55,461 nucleotides of DNA from a virus (lineage: Duplodnaviria; Heunggongvirae; Uroviricota; Caudoviricetes), in the IMG/VR virus record IMGVR_UViG_3300025011_000017; one strand, written 5' to 3'. A program made the position numbers and the translations under genes. The notes under the pieces were generated by a model. It made no database searches and had not been told where the DNA came from. It was given only the letters and a program-made list of their open reading frames with translations. Shown piece by piece: positions 1 to 8,314 of the stretch. How positions within the stretch are numbered: the first letter of the stretch is position 1; every line of letters starts with the position of its first letter.

Positions 1-465
1 ACTCTAAGTTTTTACATGCTTTACCATGCAGTTAATTTGGTAGGTTCTGACAACCTCGAAGTGAGGACTATTCGGCAATATCATACCGACATTGAATTAA
101 CAATGTTTAGTGAAGTTTTAGTGAAGTTTTAGGTCTTTCACCAAGACTAGTCGAATGAGTTTAACGTCTTCATTCCGACAAATTAATATGTGACTAAATA
201 AACGACTTCCCTAATCAATTATTTCACATGGTAGGTTTTTATCAGCACTCTAATCCACTATAAACCAACAGCCTAAAATTCATGGGAGTAAGGGAATATT
301 TGTAAAAGATTAATTCCCAATAATCTTTTACGATTGAGTTGCAAGCTTATATTGTATAATCATTTTACTAATAAAGCTTTACTTAAAATTCATAAAATGA
401 TATAAGTTTTATGAATGTCATTTCTGCATACAACTTACAAATTTGCTAGAAATGTTGGGAATCAT
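1..465 (-). ncRNA. Candidate large structured ncRNA downstream of the tRNAs, possibly cut by the window edge
   Basis: ORF-free; chain of hairpins (e.g. GTAAAAGATTA/TAATCTTTTAC 302-331, ATTCATAAAA/TTTTATGAAT 388-416) and loop complementarity (313-320 with 455-462). Confidence 0.5.
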
Positions 466-467
466 TT

Positions 468-542
468 TGGGGTGACTATCAAGTTACGATCTTGACTCTC
501 CAAATTCACAGTTTGGAATGTTACCACTACACCATAATCACC
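468..542 (-). tRNA. tRNA-His(GTG)
   Basis: Cloverleaf with G-1:C73, anticodon arm CCAAA-CTGTGAA-TTTGG, encoded CCA; atypical T-loop ATCGTAA. Confidence 0.9.
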
Positions 543-546
543 GTAA

Positions 547-622
547 TGGTAGACAAGATTGGATTTGAACCAATGACCGACGAGGTATAAGCTCGCAACT
601 CTAACCGCTGAGTTACTTGTCC
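547..622 (-). tRNA. tRNA-Ile(TAT)
   Basis: Acceptor GGACAAG/CTTGTCT, anticodon arm GCGAG-CTTATAC-CTCGT, T-loop TTCAAAT, ACCA end. Confidence 0.92.
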
Positions 623-647
623 ATGTTGTTTGCTTGACCACTTATTC

Positions 648-676
648 ATTATAGCACATTACTTTAAGCTTGTCAA
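648..676 (-). promoter_or_regulatory. sigmaA promoter for the tRNA operon
   Basis: TTGACA-17-TATAAT with spacer motif TAAAGTAATGT. Confidence 0.8.
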
Positions 677-788
677 GTCTTTTTTTAAAACTTTTTGTGT
701 TGAGGGACGATGTTGTATGACCGTCCCTATGTGCATCAACACTTTGTATTTTGAAGTGAGTGTCTTATGTTTTCTCAACCTCTATGTC

Positions 789-817
789 AGTATAACACAT
801 TACTTTATGTTTGTCAA
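789..817 (-). promoter_or_regulatory. second sigmaA promoter of the same class
   Basis: TTGACA-17-TATACT with spacer TAAAGTAATGT. Confidence 0.75.
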
Positions 818-825
818 GCTTTATT

Positions 826-1623
826 TTAAATTATTACTGCTAATCTTTTCTTAGCATTTCTTTTAATTAATGATTCACTTATCTTATTTTTTGTTTCCTC
901 AGAACGTGGTTTCATAACTTGTTTACTCCTAGATTCTCTCATTTTTTGACGAGTTTCCTCAGAGGCTAATTTACCTATTTTAGATTTACTCATTTTATCT
1001 CTTGTTTCGTCTGAATATACTCTTTGTTTAGCAATGTCTATAAATTTCATTCTAGTTTCTTCTGAAATTACTCTATTTTGAAGTGCATTTGAAATCTTAT
1101 TCTTTGCTGAATCTGACATTATCTTACCTAAATTACCTATGCTGATTTTCTTTTTAGTTTCTTTAGAAAGATGTTTGCCCAACCATGCTTTAGCATTATT
1201 TTTAGATATCTTAAACTTGTGTTCTTCTGATAATATTTTACCTTTATTAGATTCGCTATTTTTCTTTTTAGATTCATCAGATACAATTTTATTTTTACAA
1301 CCACCAGAATCTAAATTATAACCAAATTCTCTCATAGTAGACTTATAATTTTTAATCCAGTGTTTTTCACGCTCATCAATTAATTCAGAATCACACTTTT
1401 CAAGAAGAGTATATTCAAAATTATCAGCACCGTATTTATTATATGAATTCTGTAAATGTTTATTTATATGTTTGTTTTTTCTTAGCTCATTTTTGTGCTG
1501 TTTCCATCTGGTCAAAACAAATCTACTCTGACCAATATAAACTTTATTATTTATTATATTTCTTATTTTGTAAATACCACATAAGTTATTTAACAATGTA
1601 AAATCACCTCTTCTATTTTTCAA
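826..1623 (-). CDS. GIY-YIG homing endonuclease with NUMOD3-type repeats
   Basis: GIYKIRNIINNKVYIGQS motif; repeated SEETKKKIS-type units; real start may be TTG at 1596. Confidence 0.9.
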   Translation of the reverse strand: MKNRRGDFTLLNNLCGIYKIRNIINNKVYIGQSRFVLTRWKQHKNELRKNKHINKHLQNSYNKYGADNFEYTLLEKCDSELIDEREKHWIKNYKSTMREFGYNLDSGGCKNKIVSDESKKKNSESNKGKILSEEHKFKISKNNAKAWLGKHLSKETKKKISIGNLGKIMSDSAKNKISNALQNRVISEETRMKFIDIAKQRVYSDETRDKMSKSKIGKLASEETRQKMRESRSKQVMKPRSEETKNKISESLIKRNAKKRLAVII

Positions 1624-1696
1624 TAAAAAAGGTGACAGATAAACACCCTGTCACCAACTCCACATAGATATACAGTCTAAAGGAGTAAATATCATT

Positions 1697-1939
1697 TTAT
1701 ATAATAGGAATAAAATTTAATGTTTCTGAATATTCGGTATCCGTAATCCACCCATAAGCTAAAGCTAAATCTATTTGTGCAAGCGTAAAAGTTGTGGCTC
1801 CGTATTGTTCAACAGGGACGTAATAACCGTCTGCTACTCCAGGATAACCATCTCTTGCAGTTAATCTATTTGTTCCATATACATATATTGCTCTAGCGTA
1901 AGTCGATGTTCTAAATGGAAGAATTGAAGCTATTGCCAT
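1697..1939 (-). CDS. Hypothetical phage protein, XkdX-like C-terminus
   Basis: RBS AAGGTGA; GWITDTEY motif. Confidence 0.55.
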   Translation of the reverse strand: MAIASILPFRTSTYARAIYVYGTNRLTARDGYPGVADGYYVPVEQYGATTFTLAQIDLALAYGWITDTEYSETLNFIPII

Positions 1940-1961
1940 ATTATCACCTTCTTTTTTAAAA

Positions 1962-2285
1962 TTAAGCTATTTCAGGAAATACCGAAAATATATAATCCAT
2001 AAAATCTGAAGAAGTTTGATTTTGTGTTGCAATTTGTTCTTTTGATAATCTTATTTCTTCTTTTAAGGATTCAATTTCTTCATCTTTGGTTATTGGTTTT
2101 AATTCAGGATATTCTACAAAAACTTTATTTCCTTCTATTCCGTCTTCAAGTTTAAACCATCCACCATTAATTCCAGAAGGAAGTGATAGATTAGGCATCT
2201 CAACTTCTATATAATCTTCGTATGGATATTCAATAATGTCTAATATGAAGTTATTTTGATCTAACTTTAGATACCACTTCTTCAT
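1962..2285 (-). CDS. Hypothetical phage protein with C-terminal coiled coil
   Basis: ORF coupled to upstream gene; precedes XkdX-like gene. Confidence 0.6.
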   Translation of the reverse strand: MKKWYLKLDQNNFILDIIEYPYEDYIEVEMPNLSLPSGINGGWFKLEDGIEGNKVFVEYPELKPITKDEEIESLKEEIRLSKEQIATQNQTSSDFMDYIFSVFPEIA

Positions 2286-2455
2286 TATTCATCATCCTCA
2301 TCTTCATCTTCATCTTCATCTTTTGGAATAAAAGATGGACATGATTTAACTTCTATAACAGTGGGGATTTTAGTTTCAAATTTTGAAACTGTATCAGAAT
2401 ACTTACATGGTGTTGCAATTTTGCAATCTAAACAAATATATTTACCAACAATCAT
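2285..2455 (-). CDS. 56-aa Cys-containing protein with acidic tail (not in ORF track)
   Basis: RBS AAGGAG; MIVGKYICLDCK...DEDEDEDEDDE; stop overlaps next ATG. Confidence 0.65.
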   Translation of the reverse strand: MIVGKYICLDCKIATPCKYSDTVSKFETKIPTVIEVKSCPSFIPKDEDEDEDEDDE

Positions 2456-2473
2456 TTAATTAATCTACTCCTT

Positions 2474-3154
2474 TTATCCTATTAATGTGTCTGCCCAATT
2501 TGCAAGTTCTCCTCTAAAATTTTTAGTTAAAGATATAACTTTACAATATGGTTGATTCTTAAAATGTTCTGTATATGCTTCAAAACCACTTTTTGAGGAA
2601 GAAATATCAATTTGACCAGAATGACCAATCATAATTACTTTACAAGAATTATGTATACGAGTTAAAATTTTCTTTAGTTCGTTTACAGAAAAATTCTGGC
2701 ACTCGTCGATAATTATTGTAGTATCTTTAAGATTTGTTCCTCTAAGAAATATATGACTTTTTGGATAACACCAAATATTATCCATAATTACTTTAATATT
2801 TGATTTCTTTTTTGTTGCTTCACTTACTATAAATTCTTCATTATAAATACATTGCGAAGGATTTTCATTAATTTCTAAAAGCGCGTCTATCAAAGGTTGA
2901 TTATAGATAGATTCTTTTTCAGATTGAGTTCCTGGCCTAAACCCCATAGAGGATTCTTGTATAGGAGAAAATACATAAGTTAATGGTTTTCCTATAATTT
3001 TAGCACAAGCTACTGCAAGAGTTGTTTTTCCCGTACCTGCTTTAGCGTTTACTATTGTTAGTTGATTATCAAAGACACTGTCCACATATTCCCTTTGCTC
3101 AGAAGTGAGCTTTGGTTCAAATCCAAACAACAAATTGTTAACTGGTAGTGGCAT
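2474..3154 (-). CDS. phoH: PhoH family ATPase
   Basis: AKAGTGKT, GFRPG, FLRGTN, IIIDECQN, GHSGQID motifs. Confidence 0.9.
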   Translation of the reverse strand: MPLPVNNLLFGFEPKLTSEQREYVDSVFDNQLTIVNAKAGTGKTTLAVACAKIIGKPLTYVFSPIQESSMGFRPGTQSEKESIYNQPLIDALLEINENPSQCIYNEEFIVSEATKKKSNIKVIMDNIWCYPKSHIFLRGTNLKDTTIIIDECQNFSVNELKKILTRIHNSCKVIMIGHSGQIDISSSKSGFEAYTEHFKNQPYCKVISLTKNFRGELANWADTLIG

Positions 3155-3157
3155 AGA

Positions 3158-3943
3158 TTAGTCTCCTTTATTTATATTTTTTATATTTGTAACTACGTTA
3201 ACATTTACATCTAAAAAATACACATTATTTTCTTGTTCTAAATATAAAATCATATCATATTCATATGGTTTTATTATTTCATACTTATCATTGAGAAATG
3301 TAAATCTATTTTCAGTATCAACTGGACACCAACAAAATTTATAATCTTTACTTTCATCAATATAAGGTAATTCTTTATCACTTTCTTCAAAACAACTTAT
3401 TGAAATATCATTACCTTTACTACAAATATAATTAATTTTTCCAAATTCAATTTTCCAATCATGTCTATATATAGTGTTTTCTAAGTAAATATTTCTATTA
3501 ATTCTTAAAGAAGGCAAAACTCTTAAGGCCGCAAATCTGTGTGTTTTAGAATTTTTATATTTTCTTAATCCTATTTTACCTTGTTTTTTTATATTATTGT
3601 TTTTAAATTTATTAAGTATTTCAATAGCACTATCATCACTACATTTTACACCATCAAAAAATACTTCTTTATCTTTGCGATATTCAATCTGTCTTTCATT
3701 TAATATTTGATATTCTTCTTTTCTTTCAGAAAACGCATCTCCATAAAATAAATAACTTGCCATTGTATCTAGTGCAATTTTTACCTTTTGAGCATAACCA
3801 CCTTGTTTGCGTTTTTTATCTTCCCAGTATTCATTAAAATAACCTTCGTATTCTGAAATAATATTATTTACTAAAATAATTCTTTCATCATAATTTAATT
3901 TAAGATCTAATTCAATAGATTTATCTGGTAAAATTATTCTCAA
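3158..3943 (-). CDS. Hypothetical protein
   Basis: 261-aa ORF with RBS AAGGTGA. Confidence 0.7.
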   Translation of the reverse strand: MRIILPDKSIELDLKLNYDERIILVNNIISEYEGYFNEYWEDKKRKQGGYAQKVKIALDTMASYLFYGDAFSERKEEYQILNERQIEYRKDKEVFFDGVKCSDDSAIEILNKFKNNNIKKQGKIGLRKYKNSKTHRFAALRVLPSLRINRNIYLENTIYRHDWKIEFGKINYICSKGNDISISCFEESDKELPYIDESKDYKFCWCPVDTENRFTFLNDKYEIIKPYEYDMILYLEQENNVYFLDVNVNVVTNIKNINKGD

Positions 3944-4021
3944 TTTTTTATCACCTTATCTTTTACATATGTTAACATACATTTGAAATGATTCTCACTA
4001 ACCTTTATCCGTGGAGCCATG

Positions 4022-4069
4022 CTATTTGTCGCATTTGTGACAATAATCTTTAAACCCATCTCTATTTCT
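4022..4069 (-). repeat. Diverged copy of the last 48 nt of gene 5458-5925
   Basis: 40/48 nt identical to 5458-5505; reads RNRDGFKDYCHKCDK* versus RNKDGFKNYCHKCDK*. Confidence 0.9.
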
Positions 4070-4215
4070 ACTCCTTTTAATTTAGATAATTAATTATCTA
4101 ATAAGATTTGTTCTTGATTCATCGTATCTATTTTCATAATATTGCTATTATTACTAATATTTAATGTAATACTCTGCAAGCGTAAATTCGGATAAAGTCT
4201 ACCCTACATATTTTA
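4050..4215 (-). ncRNA. Putative TnpB omegaRNA (scaffold plus guide)
   Basis: Directly 3' of tnpB; CCGAATTTACGCTTGCAGAG...CGATGAATCAAGAA resembles Firmicute tnpB right ends; boundaries approximate. Confidence 0.65.
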
Positions 4216-4216
4216 A

Positions 4217-5398
4217 TCATACTACAATATATTCTTTAGTGTTCTTTATATTTATGCTTGCATTTTTATCTCTATCTATTATTATTCCACACTCTTTACA
4301 AATATATTTTCTATCTGATATTTTTAAATTTTTATTTATATTACCACATTTAGAACATAGTTTACTTGAAGGGAACCACCTATTTACAATTCTTAATTCT
4401 ATATTGTTCCATAAGCACTTATAAGTTAATTGTCTTCTAAATTCATAAAAATACTGTTCTGATATTGCCTTAGATAAATGACTATTCTTAATCATTCCAG
4501 AAATATCTAAATCTTCAATGGCTATATACTCTGGTTTGGATTTTACTAGAGCATTAGTAATATTATGAATATAATTTATGCGAATATCAGTTAATATTTG
4601 ATAAATAATTCTTATTTTAGACTCTATTTTTATAATATTTTGTGTTTTAATAAATTTTTTACCATTTTTATTCATCTCATATTTCCTAGAAACTTGTCTT
4701 TGTAATCTTTTTAACTTTTTCTTTAATTTTCTTACTTTATTAGATTTATTAATGTTTTTAAAAGGATTATCAATATTACTAACAATTGCTAAATCTTTAA
4801 CCCCTAAATCCACACCAATTCCTTCTATATTAATATCTGAATAGTTATTAGAATCTGCAATTTCGCATAATACTGAAACATAATATCTTCCTGCTTTCAT
4901 TGATACAGTTCCGCTAACAACTTTTGCATTGATTGGTATATAACCTTTTTCCTTTAATTCTATAAAACCTAAAGTTGGAATTTTAATTCTATGTCTTTCA
5001 ATAGTCCAATCTGATTTATGATTTTTAGGGAAATAAATTTTAACATCTTGATTATTTTTCTTTTTAAACTTAGGAAATTTAGACCGACCTTTAAAAAAAT
5101 TCTTATATGCAATTTCTGCGTTAATAATAGCCTTCTTCCTAGCTTTAGAACCACACTCATTAATCCACTTAAATTCTTCAAGAACTTTAATTTCATTATT
5201 TATATACTTATCAAAATCATTAGCATTTATAAATGACAATTTTTTATCAATTTCACCATTCTTAAATTTTTCATAAAGTTCTTTATTTTTTGCCAAATAT
5301 GAATTATATAAGAAGCGACATATACCTATAGATTGATTAATTTTAATAATATGTTTTTTATTCAATCTAAGTTCAGTTTTGAATCCTTTAAATATTAT
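4217..5398 (-). CDS. tnpB: TnpB RNA-guided endonuclease (IS605/IS607-type), no transposase nearby
   Basis: KGFKTEL N-terminus, GVDLG, IEDL, CSKC/CKEC zinc finger, DRDKNASIN; frame extends to ATA at 5398 behind AAGGAG. Confidence 0.93.
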   Translation of the reverse strand: MIFKGFKTELRLNKKHIIKINQSIGICRFLYNSYLAKNKELYEKFKNGEIDKKLSFINANDFDKYINNEIKVLEEFKWINECGSKARKKAIINAEIAYKNFFKGRSKFPKFKKKNNQDVKIYFPKNHKSDWTIERHRIKIPTLGFIELKEKGYIPINAKVVSGTVSMKAGRYYVSVLCEIADSNNYSDINIEGIGVDLGVKDLAIVSNIDNPFKNINKSNKVRKLKKKLKRLQRQVSRKYEMNKNGKKFIKTQNIIKIESKIRIIYQILTDIRINYIHNITNALVKSKPEYIAIEDLDISGMIKNSHLSKAISEQYFYEFRRQLTYKCLWNNIELRIVNRWFPSSKLCSKCGNINKNLKISDRKYICKECGIIIDRDKNASINIKNTKEYIVV

Positions 5399-5457
5399 GT
5401 CGATCTCCTTTTTTTGTGTTTGTGTTTGTGTTTAAAACATTTTTAATATTAGTAATT

Positions 5458-5925
5458 TTATTTATCACATTTATGACAATAGTTTTTAAATCCATCTTTA
5501 TTTCTGCCATCCATTCCAAATTGACTTTCTTGTTTAAAGGTTTTGCATCTTGTGCATTGTTTCCAATTTTCATTTGTTGGTAATTTGTCCCAATAGATAT
5601 ATTCGTATAACCAATTTTGTTTTGATTGATTTATTATTTTTGCAACACATGTCTTTAATATTTTAAAGATTGCTACATCTGTAACTCCAATGGAGTCTGC
5701 TATATCTAATTCCGTATAACCTAATTGATATAATTCTAATATCTTCTTAGTTCTTTCATTAAATCCGCATCCACTTATTAATAAGTCTAGATCAGCATAT
5801 ACACATACTGCTCCTATATCAAATTCCGTTTTAAATTGATATCTATATTTTAATAATCCTTTAATAGCTTTTTCATCACATAAATTAACTATATCCCATT
5901 CTACTTCTTTATTATCATTTGACAA
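5458..5925 (-). CDS. Sigma-region-4-like HTH protein with C-terminal zinc finger
   Basis: GYTELDIADSIGVT HTH; CTRC...CHKC. Confidence 0.65.
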   Translation of the reverse strand: MSNDNKEVEWDIVNLCDEKAIKGLLKYRYQFKTEFDIGAVCVYADLDLLISGCGFNERTKKILELYQLGYTELDIADSIGVTDVAIFKILKTCVAKIINQSKQNWLYEYIYWDKLPTNENWKQCTRCKTFKQESQFGMDGRNKDGFKNYCHKCDK

Positions 5926-6016
5926 TAATTATTTCCTCCTCTCTTAATTAATTAAACTTATTATATATTCAATACTTACTATAATTCGGTATTAAGTAAA
6001 CCTTCGGTATAAATCA

Positions 6017-6045
6017 ATTATACCATATTACTTTATACTTGTCAA
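6017..6045 (-). promoter_or_regulatory. sigmaA promoter, TAAAGTAAT-spacer class
   Basis: TTGACA-17-TATAAT. Confidence 0.75.
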
Positions 6046-6366
6046 GTGTTTTTATATTAATTATAGTAGAAATATTTTTATAAAATTAATTTTCCTTCTA
6101 TAATGCAATATATACGAAGTATATTATAAACATACATATAATACATTTTATTTTATCAATATAATAATCATTTAAAAATATTGAATAGTATGTATTTTTT
6201 CGTTAGAGAATAAGTAAAAACATATTATGCAAAAGTATAACATATCCTATATTACTGAAATCCAATGAGAGCCATGGAATAAGGTCTTCTTGTCACGCAA
6301 ATAGATTCTAGGTAGAAATACATTACCTAGAATTTTAACGTCTTAAAACGGCATTAAAAACAACTA

Positions 6367-6942
6367 TTATAATATATAAAATTTTTCAAAATATGCCTTT
6401 CTTTCCATCTTATTTTCCTTTTTATTTTTATGCCCTATATTTTTATTAATACTATTTGATTTATTATGAAGTTTAGTCTTTGTCCTCGAATCGGATTTAT
6501 TTTGTCCACTTATGGAATTACTTATTTCAGCAAAACCAGACAATAAGCCATCCTTGATTTTATCCTTAAAGAATTCAATTAATTTTTGCATTAAAACTTT
6601 AAAATCTAATTTGTAGTGAACAGTTGGGTTTCCGTGAATATCCTTAAAAACTCTTGTTTCTAAAATACCCATGCAACTAAAAAAATATCTAGCTTTATCA
6701 ACAGCGTATCTCGATAATTTAGCCACATCTTTCCAGCGCTTAGTAGGAATAGGTTCAAACTCCTCACGATCATCTGTCCAAAATATTAATTGAGACAAAA
6801 ATCTTGCGTTATCAAATGAGTCGTTTGAAAAAGGTACTAAATCACCTGCAACAGCTAATAAGGATGAATATCCTAATGATGTCTTTAAGAAGTCAAAAAC
6901 TTTTTGTTGGGCTTTCATATAAAAATTCCTCTTTTCTAGCAT
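6367..6942 (-). CDS. Putative replication initiator (winged-helix)
   Basis: FLSQLIFW motif, HTH-like segment, basic low-complexity tail, antisense-RNA-type leader. Confidence 0.5.
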   Translation of the reverse strand: MLEKRNFYMKAQQKVFDFLKTSLGYSSLLAVAGDLVPFSNDSFDNARFLSQLIFWTDDREEFEPIPTKRWKDVAKLSRYAVDKARYFFSCMGILETRVFKDIHGNPTVHYKLDFKVLMQKLIEFFKDKIKDGLLSGFAEISNSISGQNKSDSRTKTKLHNKSNSINKNIGHKNKKENKMERKAYFEKFYIL

Positions 6943-6960
6943 TTTTGATAGTAGCGATGC

Positions 6961-7085
6961 TAGACAAGGGTTTTAAAATGTAGTATACTAAAAAAGTAAT
7001 CAAACATTTTAAATATCTTGTCTTCTGCGAACTTCTTAGAACTTCACTTTGGTCGGTGTAGGGTTCTAGGAAGTTTTTTATTTTT
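6961..7085 (+). ncRNA. Putative countertranscript RNA antisense to the rep leader
   Basis: TAGACA-17-TATACT (6961-6989), then long hairpin with TTGGTC loop and T-run (7030-7085). Confidence 0.6.
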
Positions 7086-7215
7086 CAAGGCGTAGTTCAA
7101 ATGAACTAAATAAGGCAGTTTGAACATATTTATCTTTAAGAATACTTATTTCTACATTGATAATCAATTCTCCTTTATTCTATAAAATTTATTTTTTAAA
7201 AAGTGGTTTTACCTA

Positions 7216-7244
7216 TTGACAAATATAAAGTAATGTTGTATAAT
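7216..7244 (+). promoter_or_regulatory. sigmaA promoter of recombinase, TAAAGTAATGT-spacer class
   Basis: TTGACA-17-TATAAT. Confidence 0.8.
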
Positions 7245-7312
7245 TGTTTTATTACTTATTATACTAATTTAATTGGTAATTGAATATAATAAATCTAAAG
7301 GAGTGTGTTAAT

Positions 7313-8245
7313 ATGGAAAACTTAGCCGTAATACATACCTATGGTGATTTTGTAAATAAATTTTTATCAGAGAGTTTTGATAGTTTAAATACTAGAAGAC
7401 AATATCGTCATGCAATACTTGAATTTTTTAGAGTAAAAAATACATATGATATAAAAATGCATATGTTAAAAATTGTTACCGTATCTATCGCCAAAAATCA
7501 TATTCATTTATTAATAGAATCTGGATTAACGAGATCAACAATTATTCAAAAAAGAAGTGCCTTATCATCTTTATTTAAAGATGTAATAGGAACTTATGAA
7601 GGTGGAATAATTTTTGCAAATCCTTGGGAAAATATTACTATATCAAAAATGATTAAACAGAACGTTGAAAAAGAAGATGATTCACCACAAGGCTATATTT
7701 TAAAAACAAACGAAATTAAACAATTATTAGATGTGTCTCTTAAAGAAAATATGAGAGATAATTTAATAATAAGAATAATTTTAAATTGTGGTTTAAGAAG
7801 AGAAGAAGTTGGAAATATCAGATTTAAAGATTTTCATCAAATAGAAAACAAAAATGGAAAATTAGATTGGTATTTAAAAATATTAGGGAAAGGAAGAAAA
7901 AAAAGAGACGTCTATATAAACGAAAATTTGGTAGATGAATTTAGCAAACTAGGTAAGTTAGGTGGAAGTAATAAGATTATATTTTGTGGAAGATATAGTA
8001 CATTAGGTTTATCTGGAGATAGAATCAATAAGATTATAAAAATATATACTAAATTATCAGGATTGCCAAATGAGATAACGGCTCATGATTTAAGACATAC
8101 TAATATAACTCATTTAGCTATTGCGGGGGCCAGTATTCAAGAGTTACAAAAACATGCAGGACATTCATCGGTCAACACTACAATGAAATATATTAATCTT
8201 GTGAACGAATATGAAAATTCTGCGGCAAAATTAGTAACTTGGTGA
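7313..8245 (+). CDS. Tyrosine recombinase (XerC/D-like), catalytic set intact
   Basis: GLRREE, GKGRK, HDLRH, AGH, TTMKY; RBS AAGGAG. Confidence 0.93.
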   Translation: MENLAVIHTYGDFVNKFLSESFDSLNTRRQYRHAILEFFRVKNTYDIKMHMLKIVTVSIAKNHIHLLIESGLTRSTIIQKRSALSSLFKDVIGTYEGGIIFANPWENITISKMIKQNVEKEDDSPQGYILKTNEIKQLLDVSLKENMRDNLIIRIILNCGLRREEVGNIRFKDFHQIENKNGKLDWYLKILGKGRKKRDVYINENLVDEFSKLGKLGGSNKIIFCGRYSTLGLSGDRINKIIKIYTKLSGLPNEITAHDLRHTNITHLAIAGASIQELQKHAGHSSVNTTMKYINLVNEYENSAAKLVTW

Positions 8246-8314
8246 TTCTAAAAAGTATAAAACTGCTATACCTTTTAGGGTAGTGGTTTTAACTATTTGA
8301 AAGGGGATAATAAA

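Noticed and set aside
38-300. Extra tRNAs suggested by CCA-like ends near 38, 229 and 283
   Set aside because: No cloverleaf could be built; treated as part of the structured RNA candidate
826-1696. Group I intron hosting the GIY-YIG gene
   Set aside because: Flanks are promoters and a complete gene; no split exons seen
4217-5460. IStron or complete IS605/IS607 element
   Set aside because: Only about 60 bp separate tnpB from the upstream gene; no tnpA, serine recombinase or group I intron core fits
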